Below are positions 9,244 through 17,437 of a DNA stretch of 64,000 nt, piece by piece; the first letter of the stretch is position 1, and every line of letters begins with the position of its first letter. The stretch covers positions 1 through 64,000 of IMG/VR virus record IMGVR_UViG_3300030328_001039; one strand, given 5' to 3'. Source of the DNA: a virus. The notes below the pieces were generated by a model. That model did not search any database and had not been told where the DNA came from. It saw only the letters and a program-made list of their open reading frames with translations. The position numbers and the translations under genes were made by a program.

Positions 9244-9803
9244 TGGGTGGACTTATTGTAGAATGTGAAAGATGTAAGAAGTCAATGCAAAGGAGTTCAT
9301 TCAATTCAAAGCGAAGATTATGTCACGATTGTCTTTACAAAGGCGTATGGACTAAAACAGATAACAAGTATGCTGCTGTAGCAAATGATGAATTGACTAA
9401 GAAGCAGTTGGTAAAAAAACTGGATAAGATGGATAAGAAGATGGAGAAGATACTTGACGCTCAAAAGTTGTTAGACGAAGGTATATCAGAAACCATCCAA
9501 ACAAAGGTAGATGTAGCGATAGAAGCAGCACTCAAGGACATTGGTGATAAAGCAGCATTGGAGCACGCTGATGATTTTATTGAACTCAAAGCAGGTATAG
9601 AGGCTTTACAGAAAGAACATGAGGATAAAATGAAAACGCTACTCGCTTCAGTTAATTCTCGTATCATACAACTAAAAATTGATGTTGAAAGTAAAATCAA
9701 CCTACTCACTAAGAGGCAAAGAGAACTCAGGCATCATGCTAAGAAGCGAGATTGGCCTCTTACACAAGAGGGTATGACTCATTCAAGATTCGACCTTGAT
9801 TGA
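9240..9803 (+). CDS. zinc-finger plus coiled-coil protein
   Basis: CERC...CHDC followed by heptad-like helical region. Confidence 0.65.
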   Translation: MMGGLIVECERCKKSMQRSSFNSKRRLCHDCLYKGVWTKTDNKYAAVANDELTKKQLVKKLDKMDKKMEKILDAQKLLDEGISETIQTKVDVAIEAALKDIGDKAALEHADDFIELKAGIEALQKEHEDKMKTLLASVNSRIIQLKIDVESKINLLTKRQRELRHHAKKRDWPLTQEGMTHSRFDLD

Positions 9804-9817
9804 TATATAAAGCAACA
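9799..9817 (+). promoter_or_regulatory. Early promoter motif copy 4 (ATTGATATATAAAGCAACA)
   Basis: Copy with one mismatch; ATG at 9833. Confidence 0.75.
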
Positions 9818-9832
9818 ATGAATGGTGATAAT

Positions 9833-10399
9833 ATGGAATGGACTGATGGAACTGGTAAAGCATTGAGTAAACTAGGTAGTGAACTTAGTAAGAGCGAGAA
9901 GGATAAGCGTGACCCTGAAGTGGAATACTACGCTGACCCTCAACTGTATGTCATGGATTTGAACACTGGTGCTGCTGTACTGATTGAGACTGATACTAAC
10001 AACACTAGGGGCAAGACTCACGGCAGAGGCTATCGAAAGTGTGCTCAGGTTGAGCAAAGAATGCCAGCCAAGTTTCCTCAGAAGAAAGCGATAACTCGCT
10101 TATTGGCTATGGCTATCCGTAACTTTGTACCTACAGATACTGACCCCACTTTCTACAGTGTGGTAGTTGAGAATGCTATCAAGGACATAGCAGCCATGCT
10201 TACCAATGATTCTGAATGGAACATTGAAGAAGAGAAGCACGCTCCAGCATTGAACAAGGCTATCAGTAAACTGATGGATGAAACACTTAGCACTCGTGCT
10301 GGTGATACACTACTCAATGTCAAGGTCACTGAAATAGAGACAGCCATGATGGATGTTTCCGCTATCAAGGAGAATAAGAAAGACAAACTGACAAACTGA
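9833..10399 (+). CDS. hypothetical protein
   Basis: Start reassigned to ATG 9833 (GGTGA upstream, promoter spacing). Confidence 0.7.
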   Translation: MEWTDGTGKALSKLGSELSKSEKDKRDPEVEYYADPQLYVMDLNTGAAVLIETDTNNTRGKTHGRGYRKCAQVEQRMPAKFPQKKAITRLLAMAIRNFVPTDTDPTFYSVVVENAIKDIAAMLTNDSEWNIEEEKHAPALNKAISKLMDETLSTRAGDTLLNVKVTEIETAMMDVSAIKENKKDKLTN

Positions 10400-10412
10400 A
10401 GGAGGATAAGAT

Positions 10413-10667
10413 ATGACAATGAATGACCATCAAGACAGTGAGAACTTTGGTTACAACCGTACTTGGAAAGAGATTGAAGATTTGCTATGGGAGGCTGAGC
10501 GAAAACAGAATCACCACTTAATGGCACTTAGGCGTAAAGGTCTGACTAAGGAACAAAAGGTTCAGCACATGAGAGATTTCAAAGGACTACAAGGAGTCAT
10601 CTATGGACTCCGCTGGGTTCTCGGTGATTTGAAAATAACAAGAAAGAAGGTGTTAGGCGATGAGTAA
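10413..10667 (+). CDS. hypothetical protein
   Basis: 84-aa ORF with GGAGG SD. Confidence 0.7.
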   Translation: MTMNDHQDSENFGYNRTWKEIEDLLWEAERKQNHHLMALRRKGLTKEQKVQHMRDFKGLQGVIYGLRWVLGDLKITRKKVLGDE

Positions 10668-10854
10668 GAAGAAAGACTTAGAGAAGATGGTAAAGATACA
10701 GAAGGCTACAATCAAGATTTTGACAGCGAACCTTGAAGCGTTTGATAAGAAGGTCAAGGAGTTAGAAAGAGAGAATCAATCGCTTCGTGTACGATTGCAT
10801 GAGACTGGTGGCTTCAACTTTATGAAAAATGTGTGGGATAAAGATGAGCGATAA
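10660..10854 (+). CDS. small coiled-coil protein
   Basis: 64-aa ORF with heptad pattern. Confidence 0.6.
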   Translation: MSKKKDLEKMVKIQKATIKILTANLEAFDKKVKELERENQSLRVRLHETGGFNFMKNVWDKDER

Positions 10855-11182
10855 GGCAGAAATATTGGCTCGTGCTATAGCAGCGCACGCTGGTGTAGAT
10901 AGAGGTATGGAACTAGCATTGGCTATGGGTCTAAAGGGAGGCGAGTATGCTTCCGCTAAGGCTCTATCAATCAAGGTAGCAGGTGATGACAGGTGGATAA
11001 ATCAGAGAAGCCCTCATGGTTTAATGGTGGACTGCTTGTATCTATGTGCTAAGCGTAAGGGTATCAAGACCAGTGCCATCAAGATTCGTGACTTGTCGTT
11101 TGAGATATTTGGAGTGGGTACTCAGCCTCGACCAAACAGTTGGCAGAGCGACTTCACTGATTTCATAGAGGCTTGGTTATGA
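10844..11182 (+). CDS. single cyclin-repeat TFB/TFIIB-like protein
   Basis: RSPHGLMVDCLYLCAKRKGIKTS...IFGV resembles the TFB repeat GrsP.glaAaalYia....g...tq.eia...gV; no N-terminal zinc ribbon or B-reader. Confidence 0.6.
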   Translation: MSDKAEILARAIAAHAGVDRGMELALAMGLKGGEYASAKALSIKVAGDDRWINQRSPHGLMVDCLYLCAKRKGIKTSAIKIRDLSFEIFGVGTQPRPNSWQSDFTDFIEAWL

Positions 11183-12450
11183 CGAAGTTTGCATTACTTG
11201 CTGATATACATGAGCGTATAAGACTGAATAATTCACATGAAGTTAGGCTACAACAGTTATCACGATTGAAGAATGCTGACGATGCTATAGTATTCTTTCA
11301 GTTCTTGTTCCCATCAGTTCCTACTCAAAACCCAATCCGACTAATCGCTTATGAAGCAGCATCGTTTTATGATGTAGTTAAAGACATGCTACCTGAAGAA
11401 CAACCTTGGATGACAGTAGCATCGGAGAGTGCTAACTACGGTTCAAGGGATTATGACACTAAGTATGTTCGTGCTTTACTCAATGTAGAAAAGTCCTTTA
11501 CTGCAATAGCGAAGCAGTTCAATGAAAAGGAGGCACGCTTACTTTGGAGGTGGGCTTTTTCCTCATGTGGTATGGGGGGTGCTCCTCTTATGACAAGGAG
11601 AACATTTTTTGGTATACTGGCTCGCATACACGGTTTACCAACTCATGTCTTACAAGCGAACATGAACATCGCCACTATTGCTAAAGTCTACAATCAGAAA
11701 GACAGCATACTTGGGCTTGAAAGATGGTGGGAATATGCTATGCCCCCAGCACCTATGCGTTGGAAAGCCTATACATCACTCGCTCCTCCTGAAGAGAAAC
11801 ACTTAGCAGTGGTTGTTCCTGAAGGTAGAATTGTATACGCTTACAAAGGAGAGATTCGTAACAGAGCAGGGATTAGACAACCTACTACTCACAATACTTT
11901 CAAAGATATAGATGCGTACTTTGAGTTAGTAATTGATGATGTTGATTACTATCCGAGTGTACTTGACCAAGTGATGCAAAAAAATCCTGACGAATCGTTT
12001 TCTAGTCGCTCAGATTGTCAAATGAATACAGACGAGCACTGGGATGATATTGTTAATCATTTACATTCACCCGATGTAAGATGTGTTAGACTCATCAAGC
12101 CTGAGCAGAAGTTCAAGCCTGATGGTATCGGTGGGTATGTAATGCACGCTGACCGAACTAAAGTATTCCTCAAAGCAAGTATACACGAGAAAGGCATTGA
12201 GTTTGATGGATTAATCACGCTTAGTGCAATAGATGGTATTGACGACTTCGTACCAGTAGCAACTACTGACGACATAAATGTGAAAGGTTACTCCGGTATC
12301 AGTGAAGGGTGCTGGGTTGTAGAAGTAGCAGCAGTGCGAGTAAGTGAGAAAGGACAACTAATCAATTTCACAGTGATAGGTTTAAGAGAGGACTTGGGTA
12401 TTCGTGATGTTACCCAGTTCACAGAACTTGTAGGGAGAGGAATGGAATGA
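11179..12450 (+). CDS. ATP-dependent DNA ligase-like protein, apparently catalytically degenerate
   Basis: Ligase-like N-terminus (KFALLADIHERI), PAPM (PMLA-like), VRLIKPEQKFKPDG (motif IV-like) and OB-fold end VVEV...GLREDL; KxDG motif I reads VVPEG with no Lys. Confidence 0.6.
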   Translation: MTKFALLADIHERIRLNNSHEVRLQQLSRLKNADDAIVFFQFLFPSVPTQNPIRLIAYEAASFYDVVKDMLPEEQPWMTVASESANYGSRDYDTKYVRALLNVEKSFTAIAKQFNEKEARLLWRWAFSSCGMGGAPLMTRRTFFGILARIHGLPTHVLQANMNIATIAKVYNQKDSILGLERWWEYAMPPAPMRWKAYTSLAPPEEKHLAVVVPEGRIVYAYKGEIRNRAGIRQPTTHNTFKDIDAYFELVIDDVDYYPSVLDQVMQKNPDESFSSRSDCQMNTDEHWDDIVNHLHSPDVRCVRLIKPEQKFKPDGIGGYVMHADRTKVFLKASIHEKGIEFDGLITLSAIDGIDDFVPVATTDDINVKGYSGISEGCWVVEVAAVRVSEKGQLINFTVIGLREDLGIRDVTQFTELVGRGME

Positions 12451-12611
12451 AAGAAACAAAATGCGGTAAGTGTGGTTGTAATTTAGACAAAGAGCACTTT
12501 GAAGGAAAAGAAGAAGTTAGCCTGATAATAGACACTGACGAGACTGGAATGATAACAGATGTTCAGTTTTGGTGTGCTGCTTGTACGAGTGGGGAGGGAA
12601 TAAACGGATGA
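12447..12611 (+). CDS. 54-aa zinc-finger micro-protein (MKETKCGKCGC...WCAAC)
   Basis: Read manually; ATGA overlaps at both ends; two CxxC. Confidence 0.6.
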   Translation: MKETKCGKCGCNLDKEHFEGKEEVSLIIDTDETGMITDVQFWCAACTSGEGING

Positions 12612-13051
12612 TGCAGACAGATGATAAAACAGGATTTGGTATAGGTATAGGCTACATACTAGGCCAACTCAAGTTCAATACCTATGTGAGTAAGGACTCA
12701 GAAGCAAAGGTGGGTTTCAGGGTTAGGCGTTCAGTTACTTGGAGGACAGAGCCATCACTACATGTTATCCCCTACATTCAACAGGTGTTAGACATAGGTG
12801 ATTTCCTTGCTCATGAGTTTGACATGCAGGGCTTTACATCTAACAGAGCGCAGTTGAGACTCCGCTTACTACTACAGACTATCAATAAAGAATACCCTAT
12901 ACTCAACGCCTTCGCTGACAGCGTAGGTTACCACATGTGGACATTTGTGCATGACAACCCTCCGCCTAATGATTATGAGGAGTTCCTCTCTTGGGCTGAG
13001 GCATACGACACTGAGCACGAACAAGTGTCCTACGAAGAGGACTCAAATTGA
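12608..13051 (+). CDS. hypothetical protein, possibly degenerate LAGLIDADG-like fold
   Basis: GYILGQLKFNTYVSKD...GFRVRRSVTW loosely resembles a LAGLIDADG helix-strand layout without catalytic acids; weak. Confidence 0.5.
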   Translation: MMQTDDKTGFGIGIGYILGQLKFNTYVSKDSEAKVGFRVRRSVTWRTEPSLHVIPYIQQVLDIGDFLAHEFDMQGFTSNRAQLRLRLLLQTINKEYPILNAFADSVGYHMWTFVHDNPPPNDYEEFLSWAEAYDTEHEQVSYEEDSN

Positions 13052-13052
13052 A

Positions 13053-13071
13053 GTTGATATATAAAGGAACA
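13053..13071 (+). promoter_or_regulatory. Early promoter motif copy 5 (GTTGATATATAAAGGAACA)
   Basis: Copy upstream of RFC ATG 13087. Confidence 0.8.
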
Positions 13072-13086
13072 ATAAAGGTGAAAAAC

Positions 13087-14022
13087 ATGGAGAACAGTAC
13101 CGAGCCACTGGTATTAGAGGATATAGCAGGTCAAACTGCATTCGTATCTGACGCTATGGGCTGGCGTGATGGTGGTCAGTGGCCTCGTGCTGTTCTCCTC
13201 CACGGTATGCAAGGCACTGGTAAGTCTACTGCTGCTAAGGTTATGCTCCGTGAGAAGATGGGCGACTACTTTGACCCAATGAATTACATTATCGTCAATG
13301 CCTCAGACGACAGAGGGCTTGACTACATTCGCAATCAACTCAAACAGATGAGTGCAGTCAAGGCTGTAGGCACTGACAAGAGAGGCATTATCGTAGACGA
13401 GGCTGACGGTCTTACCCCTGCTGCTCAAGATGCACTGAGAGGTATCATGGAGGAGTATGCTGACAATGTTATCTACATCTTCACTTGTAACGAGATTAGC
13501 AAAATCAAACCTGCTATCCAAAGCAGGTGTCTTGTGTATGAGTTCAAGCCTATCAGTCCTGAAGATGGGGCTGAGAGACTAAGGAATATCTTTTATCCAC
13601 AGACACACTATCAACAAACAACTAGATGTATAGAGGCTTACATGAGACTTATGAAGCATACTGGTGGGGATATGCGTAGTGCTATTGCTATCGCTGAAAT
13701 GCACACTTCTATGGACTCCTTAACCGATTCACTATCCGATGGGGGCAACCCATCTCAGGCTGCACTTGCTGCTATCAGTGGTGAGTACGGTGATATGAGA
13801 AAGCAATTCTATTCCATGCTTGACCGAGGACTTTCACTTACCTTTGTCATGCGAACATTCCATGAGAACCTGACCGAGTTCTTTGAGATGGATGAAGATA
13901 ATACATGGACAGTCATGGGTGTGCTGGGTGAAATGATACCCCACATGTATGAGTGGCCTATCGGTTCCTATTCCTTTGTTGATTGCCTAGTGGCAAGACT
14001 ACGAAAGGAGGTGAAGGTTTGA
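13087..14022 (+). CDS. rfcS: replication factor C small subunit (clamp loader)
   Basis: Walker A GMQGTGKS, NASDDRG, Walker B DEADGLT..AQDALR, SRC motif. Confidence 0.92.
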   Translation: MENSTEPLVLEDIAGQTAFVSDAMGWRDGGQWPRAVLLHGMQGTGKSTAAKVMLREKMGDYFDPMNYIIVNASDDRGLDYIRNQLKQMSAVKAVGTDKRGIIVDEADGLTPAAQDALRGIMEEYADNVIYIFTCNEISKIKPAIQSRCLVYEFKPISPEDGAERLRNIFYPQTHYQQTTRCIEAYMRLMKHTGGDMRSAIAIAEMHTSMDSLTDSLSDGGNPSQAALAAISGEYGDMRKQFYSMLDRGLSLTFVMRTFHENLTEFFEMDEDNTWTVMGVLGEMIPHMYEWPIGSYSFVDCLVARLRKEVKV

Positions 14023-15365
14023 CAGAAGAATACGAAAATGTTAATGAAGAAGTAAACGAAGAAGCAGGTACTGTGTTACCCGATGGTGTCTTGGAGAGGC
14101 TGGAGCAATATGCTACCCGTACTAAGCAAGAACTCAAAGATGTGGTAGCCAAGTTCCGTGAACAGATTGAGAGCGAACATGGTTGTAGCGACCCAAGCCA
14201 AGAAGATGAGGACTTACTCATCGACTGGGCTGAACAGATGTTCATTGAGACAAGGAATGTAGGTAGAGGCGGTACAGTAATGGCTGGCTCTGTGCCATTC
14301 GTAGGGTGCTTTGTCGGTGTCGATGATAAGAGGCGTGACCGTAGAAGCAACCTTGTTAATCGTGCTAAGCGTGATTTCACTCTTGACCCACTTTCTGCTG
14401 TGACTAGCGGTATGGTTGGTCACTATGTCAAGAAAATCAATCAAGGTACCGATGGAGTATGGTGCTTAGAAAGCAACAACGGTACAGTTCTTACAGAGAC
14501 TCCAGTAGTTGAAGTTCCTGAGCATTCATTTGTTGCAGATGGTGAGCGTATTTGTTTGCTTGCTAAGAGTGGCCGACCAAAGGCTATGACAATGAATGGT
14601 CGTAACTACTACTTCTTGGGTGCTCCCGAAGATGAGTTCACTAATGATGGTGCTATTCAACTATGGAGACTTGACATGCAAGGCGAAGATGCTGATGCAG
14701 AAGTCCTGATTGGAGAGCCTTGCCGTATCATGGCACGCCCTCCGAGTGAGAAGGCTGCTGAAGGATTCAAAGATGTGCTGTCTACCAGTATGGGTACAGC
14801 GAAGATGATTGAGTACACTGATGAGTTCGTTAATGAGAACATGCGTGGATTACTCAAGCCGTTCAAGTTTTGGACTGATGGTGAACTACACTCTCACTTC
14901 ACAGCACTAGAAGATTTGGTAGAAGCGTTTGAGGCTGGCAGTCGTACCTTCACTATCAACGGTGAACAGGGGCGCAGTGGCCCAGTTATACTGACTAAAG
15001 GTACAGTCAATCGTATGTCTACTGAGCCTCGTGACAACCAGTATGACGAAGATGGGCGAGGTTACTCACTCACTCTTACATCTACTGCTTTACAGAGTCT
15101 ACATGGTAGCAAGGATGCAGCAGATGTAATGTGCTGGATTGGTAGTGCTGCTAATGATTTGGTTGCGCCATTCGTGGCTAGAACAGATGATGAGACTATT
15201 CCTTATGCAGAGCGTTCCACAGTATTGGTGTGTGGCCGTGTCGCTGTAAAGCGTAAAGACGGTACTGACATTCCAAGTATCAAGGTCATGGGAGTCTTTG
15301 CTGATGCAAGACGCATCAGAAGAAGGCAGACTGGTGGAGATACTGGCGAAGGACAATTCAATTGA
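14019..15365 (+). CDS. putative RPA-like OB-fold ssDNA-binding protein
   Basis: TTG start after GGAGGTGA; C-terminal OB-like strands (ILTKGTV...STVLVCGRV...SIKVMGVF); lies between RFC and a recombinase-like ATPase. Confidence 0.55.
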   Translation: MTEEYENVNEEVNEEAGTVLPDGVLERLEQYATRTKQELKDVVAKFREQIESEHGCSDPSQEDEDLLIDWAEQMFIETRNVGRGGTVMAGSVPFVGCFVGVDDKRRDRRSNLVNRAKRDFTLDPLSAVTSGMVGHYVKKINQGTDGVWCLESNNGTVLTETPVVEVPEHSFVADGERICLLAKSGRPKAMTMNGRNYYFLGAPEDEFTNDGAIQLWRLDMQGEDADAEVLIGEPCRIMARPPSEKAAEGFKDVLSTSMGTAKMIEYTDEFVNENMRGLLKPFKFWTDGELHSHFTALEDLVEAFEAGSRTFTINGEQGRSGPVILTKGTVNRMSTEPRDNQYDEDGRGYSLTLTSTALQSLHGSKDAADVMCWIGSAANDLVAPFVARTDDETIPYAERSTVLVCGRVAVKRKDGTDIPSIKVMGVFADARRIRRRQTGGDTGEGQFN

Positions 15366-15376
15366 GGTGACAAATA

Positions 15377-16378
15377 ATGGCGGGATTTGGTAAGACGAAA
15401 GAAGCAAACAATGCAGAAAAAGAAGAGAAGGTACTGGAGGAAACTCCAGCGGTCAAGCGTACTGACGCTGACCCCTTTGCCTCTCTACGCAATGAACTAG
15501 AGATGATGGACAATACACCACAGACTCATATCTTCATGGGTATCGCAGGGCATGACAACACTGGTAAGACGGCTATCGTAACTGATGCCTTTACTAAGTG
15601 GTTGGCTGCTCCTGAGAGAACAGAACAGGAGAAAGAAATGCAACTGTGGATTATGGACTTTGAAGGTGGGGGTGCTGCTAACAAGTCAGCATTCCATCGT
15701 GACAATGACAACATCAAGATTTTTGAGCCGTGGGTTATGATGAAGAATGACAGCACTGCTTACAACTATCCTGAGACACATCTTCGTGTCATGGGTATCA
15801 CTCAGTTCGCTAATGATATTGCTCAGAAGCAGCGTGACCCCGAATACACTGGCCCTCGTCTGTGGGGATTCCATGTTACTGGGGTAGACCTTTGGGATAG
15901 CGTATGTGTAAACTGTATGCGTATCGTAGATTTGAACATCGCTAAGGATGGTATTGAGGCTGCTGACTGGAATAAGAAGGTAGGCCACCAGTGGGATTGG
16001 GCTATTCGTAAGACTCGGTTTCACCAACTCACTGGGCTATGCCGTGGCTTGGTAAAGTCAGGAGTGCGTGTCTTTTGGGAGACTCACCTACGATTGACTA
16101 ACTACTCTTGGGGTAAGAATGAGGACACTGCTGCTACATGGCGACCTGACTGGGAGAAGGCAAGTAACAACTTTGTCTATCAGATACTAATTTGTGAGCG
16201 TCAAGATACTCTTGACGAGGACACTGGTGATGTAGTCAAGTCCGAATACACTATTCGATTTGACAAGAGCAAAACCAATGCACGACTACAAGGACAGAAG
16301 AGGACTACACTCGTTACTGAGGCAGGTAAAGAACCACAGTGGTTCGGACTACCTGAACTCTATGACGGTACACTTTGA
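15377..16378 (+). CDS. Sak4/AAA_24-like RecA-fold ATPase (single-strand annealing/recombination)
   Basis: Walker A AGHDNTGKT, MDFEGG; adjacent to SSB-like gene. Confidence 0.7.
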   Translation: MAGFGKTKEANNAEKEEKVLEETPAVKRTDADPFASLRNELEMMDNTPQTHIFMGIAGHDNTGKTAIVTDAFTKWLAAPERTEQEKEMQLWIMDFEGGGAANKSAFHRDNDNIKIFEPWVMMKNDSTAYNYPETHLRVMGITQFANDIAQKQRDPEYTGPRLWGFHVTGVDLWDSVCVNCMRIVDLNIAKDGIEAADWNKKVGHQWDWAIRKTRFHQLTGLCRGLVKSGVRVFWETHLRLTNYSWGKNEDTAATWRPDWEKASNNFVYQILICERQDTLDEDTGDVVKSEYTIRFDKSKTNARLQGQKRTTLVTEAGKEPQWFGLPELYDGTL

Positions 16379-16386
16379 TATTCTCA

Positions 16387-16526
16387 TGGGGGTTTTGGCA
16401 GACTAAAAACGGTAAAGGTGTTTGACGCAGTAACAGGTCTTTTCCCAACTAAATAGTTGTAGACAGTTACTTTATGCCAATGGGGGCTTTCCTTTCCCCT
16501 CATACCGTTCCCCCACCTAGAGGTGA
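16387..16526 (+). ncRNA. candidate structured cis-regulatory RNA upstream of the clamp gene
   Basis: Eight nested complementary segments found by eye in the only long intergenic gap of the RFC-to-XPF run. Confidence 0.5.
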
Positions 16527-16530
16527 TAAC

Positions 16531-17286
16531 ATGACTAAGATACAGATTGACAGAAAACAGTTGTTGGATTTCCTATCCGACTTTGGTAAAAACGCTGAGG
16601 ACTTGCGTATCAAGTTCGCTGATGGTAAGATGACAGCCTCGGTAGCATTCATTTCTCACTACTTGTCTAAGACGAGAAAGGTAGAGGGTTCTATACTAGA
16701 GGCAGGTACACTAGATATTACTGAACTTGTCAAGGTTCGACAGTTCATCAAGGCTGCAAAGAATGACTTAGTGACCATCAGGCAAACAGGTTCAGCAAAG
16801 ACACTGAACATTACTTGTGGTTCGTCTAAGATTTCTATGCCTACATCTTCTACGATTGTCAGTGCTGCTAAGGCTGTGTTGTTTCAGAAGTTGATTGATG
16901 AGGCAGTCGAATCTAAGTGGACTAAGTTTCATTCATGCGACCTGAATACATCAGGAGTCATCACATTGGATGAGTTGTCTACTGTGTCAAAGATGAGAGG
17001 TATTCTCAACAGCACTCCTATCTTCAAGATTACAGCAAACCCAAGTGAGAATGAGTTTCTCATATCATCAGGTAAGCGACATGAAACGAAGTTGTTCACT
17101 ACGCTTGAGTTGCGTGATTCTACTGGCCCAGTTACAGGCAGCGTGAGTTCTACATTTGGTTCATGGTTCATGGATAACATAGCACTGCTTGGCAAAGGAG
17201 AGGCTACTATACACATGGGTGAGACGACTATCATAGCACTTGAGAAGGATGATGATTTACTGGTGATTATAGACCAAAGGGTGTGA
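16531..17286 (+). CDS. putative PCNA-like DNA polymerase sliding clamp (divergent)
   Basis: About 251 aa with two similar helix/strand halves, ends LLVIIDQRV; located between the RFC operon and polB; AGGTGA SD. Confidence 0.6.
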   Translation: MTKIQIDRKQLLDFLSDFGKNAEDLRIKFADGKMTASVAFISHYLSKTRKVEGSILEAGTLDITELVKVRQFIKAAKNDLVTIRQTGSAKTLNITCGSSKISMPTSSTIVSAAKAVLFQKLIDEAVESKWTKFHSCDLNTSGVITLDELSTVSKMRGILNSTPIFKITANPSENEFLISSGKRHETKLFTTLELRDSTGPVTGSVSSTFGSWFMDNIALLGKGEATIHMGETTIIALEKDDDLLVIIDQRV

Positions 17287-17290
17287 TTGA

Positions 17291-17437
17291 ATGAACACAG
17301 CAGAATTGATGGAATTGATAGAAGAAAGAGATGTAACAGCAGCAAGAGTTTGGAAACTAGAAAATGAACTATCTATTGTTGTTAAAAGGCTAAATGAATT
17401 AAATAAACAGATTAAAGATGGTAATGTGATAGAATGA
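17291..17437 (+). CDS. 48-aa coiled-coil micro-protein
   Basis: Read manually (MNTAELMELIEERD...NVIE); ATGA overlap with polB start. Confidence 0.5.
   Translation: MNTAELMELIEERDVTAARVWKLENELSIVVKRLNELNKQIKDGNVIE

Noticed and set aside
12608-13051. Active homing endonuclease or mobile intron
   Set aside because: Only a vague LAGLIDADG-like pattern, catalytic acidic residues absent, and no interrupted host gene
2742-13086. ORF-track starts reading MLIYKG / MIYKA / MKLIYKG (2742, 9800, 13048) as a shared N-terminal peptide
   Set aside because: These are translations of the promoter motif itself; the real starts are the downstream ATGs (2778, 9833, 13087)
16387-16515. Structured region as a tRNA or hammerhead ribozyme
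   Set aside because: No cloverleaf or TTCGA T-loop and no CTGATGA/GAAA core
16474-16530. N-terminal extension of the clamp gene from ATG 16474
   Set aside because: ATG 16531 has an AGGTGA SD and gives a clamp-sized protein; the extension overlaps the structured element
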